A DNA stretch of 41,034 nt from Thermoanaerobaculia bacterium (GTDB taxonomy: Bacteria; Acidobacteriota; Thermoanaerobaculia; UBA5066): NCBI GenBank assembly GCA_038245905.1, contig JBBRRY010000032.1, forward strand, positions 1 through 41,034. The letters run 5' to 3'. A model generated the notes under the pieces. The model made no database searches. It saw nothing but the letters and a program-made list of their open reading frames with translations, and was not told where the DNA came from. A program made the position numbers and the translations under genes. Shown one piece after another: positions 17,583 to 28,351 of the stretch. Numbering within the stretch: position 1 is the first letter of the stretch; every line of letters starts with the position of its first letter.

Positions 17583-18484
17583 CTTGCCACGGGCTTCGTC
17601 AGGAGAAGGTTCATCCACTTCTGCGAGCGGCTGCGGCACGTCTCGAGGATCTCGGCGGTACGAAGCGGGTGGCGCTCTTTTTCCGGCGCCTCGACGTCCT
17701 CGAACTGGAAGCCGAGGTCTTCGAGCTCCGCGAGGAGGCGTACCGTGTCGGCCTGCGCCCGCGCGAGCGCCTCGGGCCAGACCTCGAGGAAGACCGTGAT
17801 CTTCTCCAGCCCAAGGAGCTCGAGCGCGCCTCCGACCACGAGCGCCTCGGCGCCCTGCACGTCGATTTTCACGAGCACGCCCGCTTCGAAGGCTCGCGCT
17901 TCATCGGCGAACCCGTCGAGCAGGACCGTGGCGACCTCCACCGACCGGCCGGACGAGGTGCGGACCGAGCCCTCTTCGAACGAATGCGCGCCGAAGTTCG
18001 CGTCGTCGAGGTGCAGCCGCATGACGCCCTTCCTGTTCGAGACGGCCGCGTTGACGAGTCGGACGTTCGTGAACCCGTTCTCCCCGACGTTCCGCGCCAG
18101 AAGAGCAAAGTTGCGCGGCTCGGGCTCGAACGCGAACACCCGGCCCGAGGATCCGACTGTGCGCGCCGCGAGGAGCGTGTAGTAGCCGATGTTTGCTCCC
18201 ACGTCGAAAACGCACATCCCCTCCCGCGCGTGCTCAAGGAAGGCAGCGGTCTCCAGCGGCTCCCAGATTCCCTCGCCGAGAAGGTGGGTCGCGATGACAC
18301 GGTCTCGCGTGTCCACCCACATCGGAATCCCGTTCGCGACGACGCGCTGTTCTCCACCGGGGAAAACGAGGCGATGAATCAGCCCGTAAGCCGCTCGCAC
18401 GCCGGGAACGCACTCGATGCGAGTGCCGCCGAGTGCCGCGCGAAGCCGCGAGAGAGCCCTCTGGACGTGCATCCTCGCGTTCAC
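17579..18484 (-). CDS. FkbM family SAM-dependent methyltransferase
   Basis: WEP.ET, FDVGANIGYY, VFAFEP, KIDVQGAE. Confidence 0.88.
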   Translation of the reverse strand: MNARMHVQRALSRLRAALGGTRIECVPGVRAAYGLIHRLVFPGGEQRVVANGIPMWVDTRDRVIATHLLGEGIWEPLETAAFLEHAREGMCVFDVGANIGYYTLLAARTVGSSGRVFAFEPEPRNFALLARNVGENGFTNVRLVNAAVSNRKGVMRLHLDDANFGAHSFEEGSVRTSSGRSVEVATVLLDGFADEARAFEAGVLVKIDVQGAEALVVGGALELLGLEKITVFLEVWPEALARAQADTVRLLAELEDLGFQFEDVEAPEKERHPLRTAEILETCRSRSQKWMNLLLTKPVAR

Positions 18485-18579
18485 GAAGGCTCTCCCCGGT
18501 CGATGCGCGGCATGGACCGCTCGATTATGAGCGTCCCCGATGCGCCGGGTTAAACTGGAATTAATTTGAGGGTTTCACG

Positions 18580-20313
18580 GTGCATGTAGGCAGGATCGTG
18601 GCTGGCGTCTGTCTCGCAATCCTGGCGGCGGTGATGCTCGGCCTCCAGATTCTCGCGGTCAGGACGGAGACCGTGAACTGGGACGAGTTCGGCCTTCTGT
18701 TCCGAGCGCACGAGTCGCTGCGAACGGGGCGTCTGGACGGTGGGGGGCGGCCTGGCCTGGCGTCGATCGCAGCAATCCCGGTCGTCCAGGGTTGCACGGA
18801 TGGCGTCTCGGCCGTGCGGAAGGCGCGCTACGTGTGGCTCGTCTTCACGGCCCTCCTGGTCGCCGGCACATGGACTCTTCTCAGGAACATCTGTCGGAGG
18901 AATGCCTCCTCCGCACTGGCCGCGAGCCTCGGGACGTCTCTTCTGGTGCTCGTCCCCGCGTTCCTTCGGTGGTCCTTGCAGGTGCGCGCCGACCAGCCGG
19001 CTCTCGCGGCAAGCGTGTGGTCCGGGGTCCTTCTGCTCGGGAAGAGACGCCGGTGGGAACACGCGCTCGCCGCAGGCTGTTTGCTCGGGATGGGCTACCT
19101 GTTTTCGCAGAAGGCGGCCTACGTCGGACTTCTCGTGATCGTTCTCGCGGCCGGCGATGTCTTCATCGATCGCGATTGGCGAATGGAGCGCGAGCTGCGT
19201 CGAGCCGCCGCATTCGCGGGCGGGGGGCTCCTGACCCTGGCCATCTACCGGCTCGTCGTCTCACGCTTCCTGGCATTGCCTCCCGTCAACTCGTGGGGAA
19301 CCGTGACGAGCGCCTTTGCGGGCTACCGCAGCTCCATCGGCTTCAACGCCTATGTCGGGATGCTGCCGACCCTCGTGCCCCACGCCGTCCTCATCGCGCT
19401 CCTCGCCTTCGCGACGTGGCGCGGCCGGCCGCTCGGGAGGAAACCCGAGGGACGGACCCTCCTCGTGGCCTGGGCGGTGGCCGCGCTCGGCGTCGCGGTG
19501 GGCGTGTTCCACGCGGGTACGTTTCCCTACTTCTGGATGACGCTGGGCTTGTTTCCGGCGGTCGCTCTCGCTCTGGGTTTCAACGAGGTTCTCCAACTGC
19601 TGGATACCCCGAGAGACCGCGGCGGCCTCGTCGCGGTGATCGGCCTCCTCCTTACGGTTCCTTCGCTTCGGGCTTCCGTCCTTCTCCAGGCGGACTCCCA
19701 GGCGCCGCAGCGGTCGGCCCTCGGGTTCGTCGCCCGGAATTTCGAGCCGGAGGATCGAGGATTTCAGCCCGAGAGCGCCCTCTTTTGCCGGCAGGATCCG
19801 GCGCCCTTCCCGACCTACTTCTCGCAGGACATCGCGGCGGCGTTTTACACAGCCGGAGCTCCCGAGAGAGTTACGAGCTTCCTCGCCGAATTCCGGAGGC
19901 GGCCGATTCGGTTTCTCGTGTCTTCGTGGCGCCTCCAGCAGTTCCCACCCGAGGTGCAGCGATTCTGGTCCCGCAACTACGTGCCCTATCGCGACAACGT
20001 CTTCGTCCCGGGGTTGGAAATCGAAGGAGAAGAGGGCACGGACGTCTCGTTCGACATCCTGGTGCCTGGCCGATATCGATGGTGGCCGGGGTTCGCCGGA
20101 AAAGCAGACGGCGTTTCCGTCGACGGGACGCTCTTCGCTCCGCACGGCGATCTCTTTCTCGAGGCCGGGCCCCATACCGTCCGGATACTCCGCGCGACGC
20201 TCGGCCGGTTGACCCTGGCCCTTCGCGACCCGCCTGGAGACGGCCCCTTCCCCCCCTTTTATGGTCTCGCGATGCTTCAGGAGAACAGCGGAATCCACGC
20301 GCCGGAGCCATAG
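18580..20313 (+). CDS. Polytopic membrane protein, GT-C (ArnT/PMT-like) glycosyltransferase fold
   Basis: NWDEF motif after TM1, QVRAD, FSQK, multiple TM helices and a soluble C-terminal domain. Confidence 0.6.
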   Translation: MHVGRIVAGVCLAILAAVMLGLQILAVRTETVNWDEFGLLFRAHESLRTGRLDGGGRPGLASIAAIPVVQGCTDGVSAVRKARYVWLVFTALLVAGTWTLLRNICRRNASSALAASLGTSLLVLVPAFLRWSLQVRADQPALAASVWSGVLLLGKRRRWEHALAAGCLLGMGYLFSQKAAYVGLLVIVLAAGDVFIDRDWRMERELRRAAAFAGGGLLTLAIYRLVVSRFLALPPVNSWGTVTSAFAGYRSSIGFNAYVGMLPTLVPHAVLIALLAFATWRGRPLGRKPEGRTLLVAWAVAALGVAVGVFHAGTFPYFWMTLGLFPAVALALGFNEVLQLLDTPRDRGGLVAVIGLLLTVPSLRASVLLQADSQAPQRSALGFVARNFEPEDRGFQPESALFCRQDPAPFPTYFSQDIAAAFYTAGAPERVTSFLAEFRRRPIRFLVSSWRLQQFPPEVQRFWSRNYVPYRDNVFVPGLEIEGEEGTDVSFDILVPGRYRWWPGFAGKADGVSVDGTLFAPHGDLFLEAGPHTVRILRATLGRLTLALRDPPGDGPFPPFYGLAMLQENSGIHAPEP

Positions 20314-20382
20314 AAACCTGGCGCGTACGCGGGCGCGAGATCGCCCGGCGGCTATAGTGGGCGACAACGTGACGAGAAGATC

Positions 20383-21726
20383 ATGACGCACGGTCGGCAG
20401 CTCGAACGCACGTTCGTTCTCGTCGACATCCTCGTCCTCATGATCGCGATGCTCGTGTCGTATGCCCTGCGCGAAACCCTCGCAACATGGGCAACCGCCT
20501 TCAAGCCGGCAGCCCCGACATGGGACTACGTGCGCCTCCTTCTCGTCTTCATTCCCACGTGGACATGGTGCGCGAGTCGCGGCGCTCTTTATCGCGTGGA
20601 GCTCCTGAACAAGCCTCTCTTCGAGTCGATCCGGGCCCTCATCGTGACGCAGACATGGGGCATAGCGGCGCTCGCCGTCGCCCTCGTCCTCTCGCGCGTC
20701 GAGTTGAATCGGTCCTTTCTGGGCCTCTTCATCGTTCTTTCGACGGTCCTACTCTTCCTCGCGATCCTCGTCGAGCGATTCTGGCTGCGGCGCAGCAGAG
20801 GCCGGAACCTGGCGGTCGTCGTCGGGGCCCGGGACCCCGAGGTCGAAGGTGAGCTCAAGCGACTGCGCGCCACTCTCGTCGAATGGCTCGAGACGACCGA
20901 TGCGGGCGCTCTCCGAGCTCGGCTGGCCCTTGGAGGCGCCGACGAAGTCATCGTTCCGGCCGCGATTCCCAGGGCCCGTCTCCCCGAGCTCCTCCGCGTG
21001 TGCGAAGAGGTCGGCATCCCGGCCCGAGTCCGGATGGACCGCGTGGAGCCCGATCTGCCGCGGCCGCGCGCGGAGTTGGTCGGCCCGACCCTGTATCTGC
21101 TCTATCAGGCGAAGGAACCGGATCGCCCGGCTCTTCTCTTGAAATCGCTCCTGGACCGCACTCTCGCGGCGGCCGGCATCCTCGTCCTGTCGCCCGTGAT
21201 GCTGGTGATCGCGCTTCTCGTCCGCCTCACCTCGCGGGGCCCCGCTCTCTTCATCCAGCCCCGCGGCGGCCTGAACGGGCGCCCCTTCCCCATGCTCAAG
21301 TTCCGGACGATGCTCGAGGGGGCCGAGGCCGCGCGCGAACGCCTCCTCGAAGCAAACGAGATGGACGGACCCGTCTTCAAGATCGCGGACGATCCGCGCG
21401 TGACGCACCTCGGTCGATCCCTCAGGCGCACGAGCCTCGACGAGCTTCCGCAGCTCCTGAACGTCCTCGCCGGCCAGATGAGCATCGTCGGTCCGAGGCC
21501 GCTTCCCCTCGTCGAGACCCGCGAGCTGACGGGATCCGACAGGCGCCGTCTCAGCATGCGGCCGGGTCTCACCTGCCTCTGGCAAGTCAGCGGGCGGAAC
21601 GACCTCACCTTCCGGGAGTGGATGGCCCTCGACTTGCAATACGTCGATAATTGGAGCCTGACCGTCGACCTTGCGATCCTCGTCCGAACGATTCCGGCCC
21701 TGCTCACAGGCCGGGGCGCGCGTTAA
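20383..21726 (+). CDS. Polyprenyl-phosphate phosphoglycosyl transferase (WcaJ/WbaP-like initiating sugar transferase)
   Basis: N-terminal TMs, then KFRTM, FKIADDPRVT, SLDELPQLLNV..GQMSIVGPRP, PGLTCLWQVSGR, LDLQYVDNWS. Confidence 0.92.
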   Translation: MTHGRQLERTFVLVDILVLMIAMLVSYALRETLATWATAFKPAAPTWDYVRLLLVFIPTWTWCASRGALYRVELLNKPLFESIRALIVTQTWGIAALAVALVLSRVELNRSFLGLFIVLSTVLLFLAILVERFWLRRSRGRNLAVVVGARDPEVEGELKRLRATLVEWLETTDAGALRARLALGGADEVIVPAAIPRARLPELLRVCEEVGIPARVRMDRVEPDLPRPRAELVGPTLYLLYQAKEPDRPALLLKSLLDRTLAAAGILVLSPVMLVIALLVRLTSRGPALFIQPRGGLNGRPFPMLKFRTMLEGAEAARERLLEANEMDGPVFKIADDPRVTHLGRSLRRTSLDELPQLLNVLAGQMSIVGPRPLPLVETRELTGSDRRRLSMRPGLTCLWQVSGRNDLTFREWMALDLQYVDNWSLTVDLAILVRTIPALLTGRGAR

Positions 21727-21772
21727 CGTCCGCTCGTCACCGAACTGCTAAACTCTTGCACCTGGAGGCTAT

Positions 21773-22825
21773 TTGCGGTTTCTCATAACCGGGAGCAGCG
21801 GACTGATCGGCTCGGAAGCCGTGAGCTTCTTCGCGTCCCGCGGCCATCGTGTGTTTGGAATCGACAACAATTTGCGGCGCCTCTTCTTCGGTCCGGATGG
21901 CGATACGACGTGGGTACTCGACCGGCTGAAGGCGACGATCCCGTCCTTTGTCCATCGACACGAGGACATCCGCGACCGCGCCGTCGTCCTGGCCGCCGTC
22001 GAAGAGATCCGCCCCGACGTCATCATTCACTGCGCGGCGCAGCCCTCTCACGACCTCGCGGCGAAGATGCCCTTCGAGGACTTCGACACGAACGCCGTCG
22101 GCACGTTGAACCTCCTCGAGGCGACGCGCCGCTCGGCGCCCGGCGCCGTCTTCGTGTTCATGAGCACGAACAAGGTCTACGGGGACGCGCCGAACCGCAT
22201 ACCGTTGAAAGAGCTCCCGACCCGCTGGGATTACGACAACGCGGCCTACGCCGACGGAATCCCGGAGGAATTCTCGATCGATCAGTCGCTCCACAGCCTC
22301 TTCGGCGCGAGCAAGGTCGCGGCCGACGTCCTCTGCCAGGAATACGGCCGGTACTTTGGAATGAAGACCGGCATCTTCCGGGGCGGCTGCCTCACGGGCG
22401 TGAACCACTCGGGCGCCGAGCTGCACGGATTCCTCGCTTACTTCGTCAAGGCGGCCGCTTCCCGCCGCCCGTATACCATCTTCGGGTACAAGGGAAAGCA
22501 GGTTCGCGACCAGATCCACAGCCACGATGTCGTGCGCGCCTTCGAGGCGTTCATCGAGTCCCCGCGCCCTGGAGAGGTCTATAACCTCGGCGGCGGCAAG
22601 CCGAACAGCGTGTCGATCCTGGAAACGCTCGACCGCGTCCAGACGCTCCTCGGCATCAAGGTCGAGACGACCTACAGCGAGACGGCGCGCATCGGCGATC
22701 ACATCTGCTACTACTCCGACCTCGCGAAGATGCGATCGCACTTCCCGGGATGGGACATCACGCGATCTCTCGACGACATTTTCGAAGAATTCGCGCGAGC
22801 GGCCCACGCGTCCGCGCGCGGCTGA
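21773..22825 (+). CDS. Extended SDR NAD-dependent epimerase/dehydratase, CDP-paratose 2-epimerase-like (FxxxK variant)
   Basis: [55 protein letters not shown] before the TTG start. Confidence 0.85.
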   Translation: MRFLITGSSGLIGSEAVSFFASRGHRVFGIDNNLRRLFFGPDGDTTWVLDRLKATIPSFVHRHEDIRDRAVVLAAVEEIRPDVIIHCAAQPSHDLAAKMPFEDFDTNAVGTLNLLEATRRSAPGAVFVFMSTNKVYGDAPNRIPLKELPTRWDYDNAAYADGIPEEFSIDQSLHSLFGASKVAADVLCQEYGRYFGMKTGIFRGGCLTGVNHSGAELHGFLAYFVKAAASRRPYTIFGYKGKQVRDQIHSHDVVRAFEAFIESPRPGEVYNLGGGKPNSVSILETLDRVQTLLGIKVETTYSETARIGDHICYYSDLAKMRSHFPGWDITRSLDDIFEEFARAAHASARG

Positions 22826-22847
22826 ACCGTCCCCAAGGAGGCCCACC

Positions 22848-24365
22848 TTGAAAGTTGCGCTCGTCAATCCGCCGTGGCGGCGCCCGGGCCACTATGGCGT
22901 CCGGGCAGGCTCGCGCTGGCCTCATTTCGAGGAGGATGGATCGCGCTACATGCCGTTCCCGTTCTACCTCGGCTACGCCGCCGCTCTTCTCGAGAACGAC
23001 GGATTCGAGGCGGCCATCTTCGACGGATGCGCGACGAAGGAGAGCGACGACGCCTACCTGCGGCGGGTCGTCGCCTTCGCCCCCCAAATCGTGATCCAGG
23101 AGAACGCGACCGCCTCCATCGACGGCGATCTCAAGTGGGCGGAGAAGATCAAGAACGCAACGGGCGCCCGGGTTCTCATGACAGGCCATCACGTGGGCTT
23201 CATGCAGAACGACCTCGGAAAATATCCGTTCCTCGACGCCCTGGGCGGCGGCGAATGGGATTACACGGCTCTCGAGTTCTGCCAGAGGGTTCGAGGAGGC
23301 CAGATGATCGAGGGCATCCTCGGCCTCTCGTACCGCGATGGCGGAGGCGCCGTCGTTCACGAGGCCCGGCGCCCGAACATCGCGAATCTCGACGTCCTTC
23401 CGTTTCCACATCACCGCACCCTCGACATGGGGCTTTATCACGACAATCCCGGTGACATCCCCCATCCCTCACTCCAGCTCCACGGCTCGCGAGGCTGCCC
23501 CTACAAGTGCGACTTCTGTGTCTGGCCGCAGGTCGTCTACGAAGACAATAAATACCGAACGCGCTCGGCGAAGAACATGGCCGACGAGATCGAGGCCGCT
23601 TTTCGGAGCGATCCGTACCCCTACCGCTCCTATTACTTCGACGACGACACGTTCAACATCGGCGACAAGCGCCTCTCCGAGTTCGCCGACGAGCTGATCT
23701 CGCGGGGGCTCGAGCACATCCCGTGGGGGGCGATGTGCCGTGCCGACACTCTGAAGAAGGAAACGCTCGCGAAGCTCCGGAAGGCGGGGCTCGCGGCGGT
23801 CAAGTACGGCGTCGAGTCGGGAAACCAGAAAATCGTGGACGACAGCGGCAAGAAGCTCGATCTCGTCGTGCTGCGCGACATGATGGCCTTCACGCACGGC
23901 CTCGGGATCCGCACCCACCTCACCTTCTCGTTCGGGCTCATCGGAGAGACGAAAGAGACGATGCAGCAAACGCTGGATCTCGCTCTCGAGCTCGACCCGT
24001 TCACGATCCAGTTCTCGATCTCCACGCCATTCCCCGGCACCAGGTTCTACGAGTACGCGAAGGCCAAGGACCTGCTCCTCACCCGGGACTTCGGCGCCTA
24101 CGACGGTATGTCCAGGTCCGTCGTCCGCGCCGACGCCGTGAGCGCGGAAGAGCTCGAGGAGTTCCTCGCGCACGCGTATGCGACGTGGCGCCGGCACGAA
24201 GCGGGACGCAAGGGAAGCGCCCTACGCCGTGTTCTCAATGATCCTCTGGGATCGGCGAGACTCGCGCTCAGGAACCCGCGCCGCGCCATGCAGTATGCGG
24301 TCGGCGTCCTGACGGCCGAGAAGAAGCCTGCGGGAGTCCATGACGATCGAACGCCATCGGCGTGA
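22848..24365 (+). CDS. Cobalamin-binding radical SAM protein (HpnJ-like N-terminus), copy 1
   Basis: LVNPP...RAGSRWP...PFP..L.YAAA, SRGCPYKCDFC (CxxxCxxC at 23496-23519), YFDDDTF, GVESG, TPFPGT. TTG 22848 follows AGGAGG. Confidence 0.88.
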   Translation: MKVALVNPPWRRPGHYGVRAGSRWPHFEEDGSRYMPFPFYLGYAAALLENDGFEAAIFDGCATKESDDAYLRRVVAFAPQIVIQENATASIDGDLKWAEKIKNATGARVLMTGHHVGFMQNDLGKYPFLDALGGGEWDYTALEFCQRVRGGQMIEGILGLSYRDGGGAVVHEARRPNIANLDVLPFPHHRTLDMGLYHDNPGDIPHPSLQLHGSRGCPYKCDFCVWPQVVYEDNKYRTRSAKNMADEIEAAFRSDPYPYRSYYFDDDTFNIGDKRLSEFADELISRGLEHIPWGAMCRADTLKKETLAKLRKAGLAAVKYGVESGNQKIVDDSGKKLDLVVLRDMMAFTHGLGIRTHLTFSFGLIGETKETMQQTLDLALELDPFTIQFSISTPFPGTRFYEYAKAKDLLLTRDFGAYDGMSRSVVRADAVSAEELEEFLAHAYATWRRHEAGRKGSALRRVLNDPLGSARLALRNPRRAMQYAVGVLTAEKKPAGVHDDRTPSA

Positions 24366-25596
24366 TCGCCCGCTTCGGGTCGTGATGCTGATCCCGTACG
24401 ACCTGGAATACCAACCCTTCACGATTCGGACCGCGATGTTCGCAAGAGAGCTCGTGAAGCGAGGACACAACGTCCGGATCTTCTACCGGAAAATGCGGGA
24501 GTCGAAGCGCGGGAACCGGGTGCATTTCTCCCTTCCGGACGGCTGCGAGGCACGAGCTGTACGATTCACGCAGGCGCGCGCGTGGCGAGAGGTGGCCGCG
24601 ATCGCCCGCGGCGCCGACGTCATCCACTTCCAGAAGTCGCTGCCTCCGAGCACCCAGGTGGCTCTCGTGCTGGGCCACTGGCTCGACCGGCCGATTCACC
24701 AGGACTGGGACGACTACGAGTTCGCCTTCTGGAGCCAGGCCGCCCGCGACGCCTGGAGAAGCGACGCCCCCATGCGGAGACGACTCGTCAAGACGTTCCG
24801 CGCCGCGATTGCGGCCGCCCTCACGGGCTCCATGGAGTGGCTCATTCCGAAAACTGTCGATACGCTGGGCGGAGCCAGCATGTTCCTGCGGAAGAAAAGC
24901 ATCGAATGGGGCGCCGACCCGGCAAACGTCTACCCGGCGCGAGTCGGAGTCGACAGCGAGCGCTTCGGGCCCGAGCGGCGTTCCGAGGACCTGCGCGCTC
25001 GTCTCGGCTTGTCGGGACCGACCGTGCTTTTCGCAGGAAGCTTCGACGTACACCCCGACCTCGTCTTCTTCGCCGAGGCGCTGCGCACCATGTTTCGCGA
25101 GGCGCCCGAAGCGCAGTGCCTCGTGGTTGGAGGAGGCTTCGGAAGGAGCCGGCTCGCAGCCCTTCTCGGCAGCGGCCTCCCCGCCCGCGCCATCGTCATG
25201 ACGGAGGGCCTCGTTCCGTTCCACGAAATGCCGGCCTACGTGGCGTCGGCGGATATCGCCGCGCTTCCGTTCCGCGACACTCCGGTGAACCGCTGCAAGT
25301 CCTCTTTGACCCTCCTCGAATCGATGGCCTCCGGCCTCCCCTGCGTCGCGCACGACGTCGGCGACATCGGATGGATGCTGGGCGACGGCGGCGTGATCGC
25401 TCCCGACGCCGATCCGCAGGCCTTCGGGCGAATCCTCGCGGAACTCGTCCGCGATCCGGTGCGCCGCGAGCTCCTTGGTCGTCGGGCGCGCGAGCGTGCC
25501 GTGACTCGCTTCAGCTGGGAACGGTCGGTCGACTATCTCGAAGAGGCGTACTACGCGGGCGTCGCGAAGAAGGCCCGTACGGGTCGAGCCAGATGA
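24340..25596 (+). CDS. Glycosyltransferase family 4 (GT-B)
   Basis: RELVKRGHNV, DVIHF, DWDD, GVD...F, LFAGS, ADIA.LP, LLESMASGLPCVAHDVG, F.WER. Confidence 0.88.
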   Translation: MTIERHRRDRPLRVVMLIPYDLEYQPFTIRTAMFARELVKRGHNVRIFYRKMRESKRGNRVHFSLPDGCEARAVRFTQARAWREVAAIARGADVIHFQKSLPPSTQVALVLGHWLDRPIHQDWDDYEFAFWSQAARDAWRSDAPMRRRLVKTFRAAIAAALTGSMEWLIPKTVDTLGGASMFLRKKSIEWGADPANVYPARVGVDSERFGPERRSEDLRARLGLSGPTVLFAGSFDVHPDLVFFAEALRTMFREAPEAQCLVVGGGFGRSRLAALLGSGLPARAIVMTEGLVPFHEMPAYVASADIAALPFRDTPVNRCKSSLTLLESMASGLPCVAHDVGDIGWMLGDGGVIAPDADPQAFGRILAELVRDPVRRELLGRRARERAVTRFSWERSVDYLEEAYYAGVAKKARTGRAR

Positions 25597-27149
25597 AAGT
25601 CCTCCTCGCCAACGCGCCCACGAGAATCCCCGTCGCGGGCTCGAACGGAGGTCGTGAGCTGTTCTACGTGAAGGCCGGCAGCCGCTGGCCCTTCTCGATC
25701 GAGAAGAGGCGCGCCGAAGCCTGCCGCTACGTCCCGTTTCCCTTTTCACTCGCCTACCTCGCGGCGCTGCTCGAAAGGGAATCGATTCCCGTCGACGTCC
25801 TCGATGCCGTCGCTCTCAATCTCCCCGAAGACGAGTTCGTCGCGCGCTGCGCCGCGTCGGCTCCCTCGCTCATCGTGATGGAAGCGACGACGCCGACGAT
25901 CGAGCACGACCTCGCGCTGGCCGGACGGCTCAAGGAAGCGACCGGCGCGCTCATCGCCCTTACGGGCGCCCACACGACCGTTTTTCCGCAGGAGACGCTC
26001 CAGTCCACGAAGGCCGTGGACTGGATCCTGAAGGGAGAGTACGAATTGAACGCGCTCGAAGCGATTCGCGCGGCGTCTTCGGATGCCGCCGGGCGTGAGA
26101 CGCGTCTCTCCGCGGTTCGCGGTCTCGTGCGCGCGGTGAGGAGCGGGACGAACGGAGAACGGACGATCGTGGAAGGCCCGCCCGGCCTTCCCATCGACGA
26201 CCTCGACGCCCTCCCCTTCCCGGCTCGACATCTCTTCCCGACGCCCGATGCGCCATCGATGTGGTCCTACTGGGACGGCTTCTGCCAGCGGCGGCCGGCG
26301 GTCCAGATGCACGCGAGCCGCGGATGTCCCTTCAAGTGCACGTTCTGCCTGTGGATCTCCGTCATCTACGATCAGGGGCCTTACCGGACGTTCTCCGCGA
26401 AACGGATCGTGGACGAGATGGAAGAGATCGTCCGGCGCTTCGGGGCCCGCGAGATCTACTTCGACGACGACATCTTCACGGTCAAGGAAGACCACGTCGT
26501 CGGCCTCTCCGAGGAGATCCTGCGAAGGAAGCTGAAGATCGCGTGGTCGGTGATGGGCGACGCGATGGCGGTGACCGAGCGCTCGGTCGACGCGATGGCA
26601 CGGGCCGGCTGCATCGGGATGAAGTTCGGCGTCGAGAGCGCCGACCCGGAGGTCCTCAAGAAGCTGCGCAAGCCCGTCAAGATCGACAAGGTTCGGAACG
26701 TCGTCGACTGGTGCGCGTCCCGTGGCATCAAGACGCACGCCACGATCACCTTCGGACTGGAGGCGGACACCCCCGAGACCATGCAGCGCACACTCGACTT
26801 CTGCTGCAGCCTGCCCGCGGACTCGATCCAGTTTTCCACGACGACGCCGTTCCCCGGCACAGAGCATTATCGGAACGCAAAGGCCGCGGGGCAGATCGAC
26901 GACAGCGACTGGTCAGGATTCGACGGCGCGCGCTCGTCGGTCCTCACGTATGCTTCCATGAGCCCGGAGTTCGTCGAGTCGTTCGCCATGCGCGCCCCGT
27001 CCGTTTGGCTTCGGGCCCGCATGAAGGATCCGGCCTGGGTCACGCGGCAGTTGAAGTACTTCGCGCGCGTCGCCCGCGACCAGGGCCTCCCGGGCGTCGT
27101 GCGCCGCGCCGAAAGGGGCACGCGGCTGCTCCTCAATCTCGCGAGGTGA
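25593..27149 (+). CDS. Cobalamin-binding radical SAM protein (HpnJ-like N-terminus), copy 2
   Basis: LLANAP...KAGSRWP...PFP..LAYLAA, TGAH, GEYE, SRGCPFKCTFC (26325-26348), YFDDDIF, GVES, TPFPGT. ATG 25593 overlaps the GT4 stop. Confidence 0.88.
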   Translation: MKVLLANAPTRIPVAGSNGGRELFYVKAGSRWPFSIEKRRAEACRYVPFPFSLAYLAALLERESIPVDVLDAVALNLPEDEFVARCAASAPSLIVMEATTPTIEHDLALAGRLKEATGALIALTGAHTTVFPQETLQSTKAVDWILKGEYELNALEAIRAASSDAAGRETRLSAVRGLVRAVRSGTNGERTIVEGPPGLPIDDLDALPFPARHLFPTPDAPSMWSYWDGFCQRRPAVQMHASRGCPFKCTFCLWISVIYDQGPYRTFSAKRIVDEMEEIVRRFGAREIYFDDDIFTVKEDHVVGLSEEILRRKLKIAWSVMGDAMAVTERSVDAMARAGCIGMKFGVESADPEVLKKLRKPVKIDKVRNVVDWCASRGIKTHATITFGLEADTPETMQRTLDFCCSLPADSIQFSTTTPFPGTEHYRNAKAAGQIDDSDWSGFDGARSSVLTYASMSPEFVESFAMRAPSVWLRARMKDPAWVTRQLKYFARVARDQGLPGVVRRAERGTRLLLNLAR

Positions 27150-28351
27150 GAGTCGCGATGGACGGAGGACGACTCCGCGTCCTCATGCTCAACCACAACG
27201 TCGTGTGGCGGAGCACGTTCTTCCGCGCGTTCTACCTCGCACGGGAGCTCGCCGATCTCGGGCACGGCGTCACGATCGCGACGATCTCCGCGAGCCGCCG
27301 TCTGCATCCCAAGACCTACGATCTGGAGGGTGTGCACATCGTGGAGACTCCCGACTGGGGTGTTGGGCTCGCGCGGACGGGCTGGGACCCATGGGACACC
27401 CTGTGGCGCCTCCACCGCTTCGATGCCGAGGCGTTCGACGTCGTCCACGGCTTCGACTGCCGGCCCGTCGTCCTCGCGCCCAGCCTCTCGCTGTCTCGCC
27501 GGGGCGTTCCCTGGGTCAGCGACTGGGCGGACTGCTGGGGAGGAGAGGGGGGTGCGATTTCGCAGCGAAAGAGCTGGCTGGGACGCGTCGCCTTCCGTCC
27601 CCTGGAGACCTGGCTAGAGGAGTCGTTCCGCCACCGGGCCGCGGCCGTGACGGTGACGAGCCGGACGCTCCTCGAGCGCGCGATCGGCCTCGGCCTTCCG
27701 CGCTCCTCGGTTCACTACCTTCCGTCCGGGGCGAACGTCCGGACCGTGACGGTGCGCGACCGGAGCGAAAGCCGGCGGGCGCTCGGCCTCGGCGAGGAAG
27801 GTCCCGTCGCGTGTTTCGTGGGCTGGGTTCAATACGACCTCGAGCTCGTGATTCGCGCGTTCGCGCGCGCCCGGGCGCGCGTACCGAACGCCCGGCTCCT
27901 CCTCGCCGGGCCCCGCAACCGCGACGCGGCGCGCCTCGCAGGCGAGCTGGGCCTCTCCGCCGCGATCACCGACTTCGGCCCCCGCCCGTTCGAGGAGATC
28001 CCGGTCTTCCTGGGAGCCGCGGACGTGCTTCTCCTCCCGATGTCGGACAACCTGATGAACCGGGCGCGCGGCCCGATCAAGCTCGGCGACTACCTCGCGG
28101 CCGGCCGCGCGATCGTGGCGAATCCGGTGGGCGACCTCGTGGAGATCTTCGAGAGGGACGAAGTCGGTCTCCTGGCCGATGAGTCTCCCGAGTCCTACGG
28201 AGCGGCGATCGCCGAGCTGCTGATCGATCCGGACCGCTCTGGCCGGATGGGCCGCCGCGCCCGCGAGATCGCGGAAGAACGCTACGCGTGGCGGCATGTC
28301 GCCCCCGCTCTCCTCGATGTCTACCGCGGGGTTCGCGAGGCGGGCCGATGA
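27146..28351 (+). CDS. Glycosyltransferase family 4 (GT-B)
   Basis: LARELADLGHGV, DVVH, DWAD, ADVLLLP, PIKLGDYLAAGRAIV, Y.W. Start is GTG 27146 (GTGA overlap) or ATG 27158. Confidence 0.86.
   Translation: MRVAMDGGRLRVLMLNHNVVWRSTFFRAFYLARELADLGHGVTIATISASRRLHPKTYDLEGVHIVETPDWGVGLARTGWDPWDTLWRLHRFDAEAFDVVHGFDCRPVVLAPSLSLSRRGVPWVSDWADCWGGEGGAISQRKSWLGRVAFRPLETWLEESFRHRAAAVTVTSRTLLERAIGLGLPRSSVHYLPSGANVRTVTVRDRSESRRALGLGEEGPVACFVGWVQYDLELVIRAFARARARVPNARLLLAGPRNRDAARLAGELGLSAAITDFGPRPFEEIPVFLGAADVLLLPMSDNLMNRARGPIKLGDYLAAGRAIVANPVGDLVEIFERDEVGLLADESPESYGAAIAELLIDPDRSGRMGRRAREIAEERYAWRHVAPALLDVYRGVREAGR

Noticed and set aside
22848-27149. Literal annotation of the rSAMs as hopanoid hpnJ or as Mg-protoporphyrin cyclase bchE
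   Set aside because: No hopanoid or bacteriochlorophyll genes are present and the context is nucleotide-sugar and flippase genes. Only family-level similarity is claimed.
22848-27149. rSAMs as additional maturases of the Cys-rich precursor (ranthipeptide or sactipeptide)
   Set aside because: They lie about 20 kb away, have N-terminal cobalamin-type domains rather than RRE/SPASM domains, and are coupled to glycosyltransferases.
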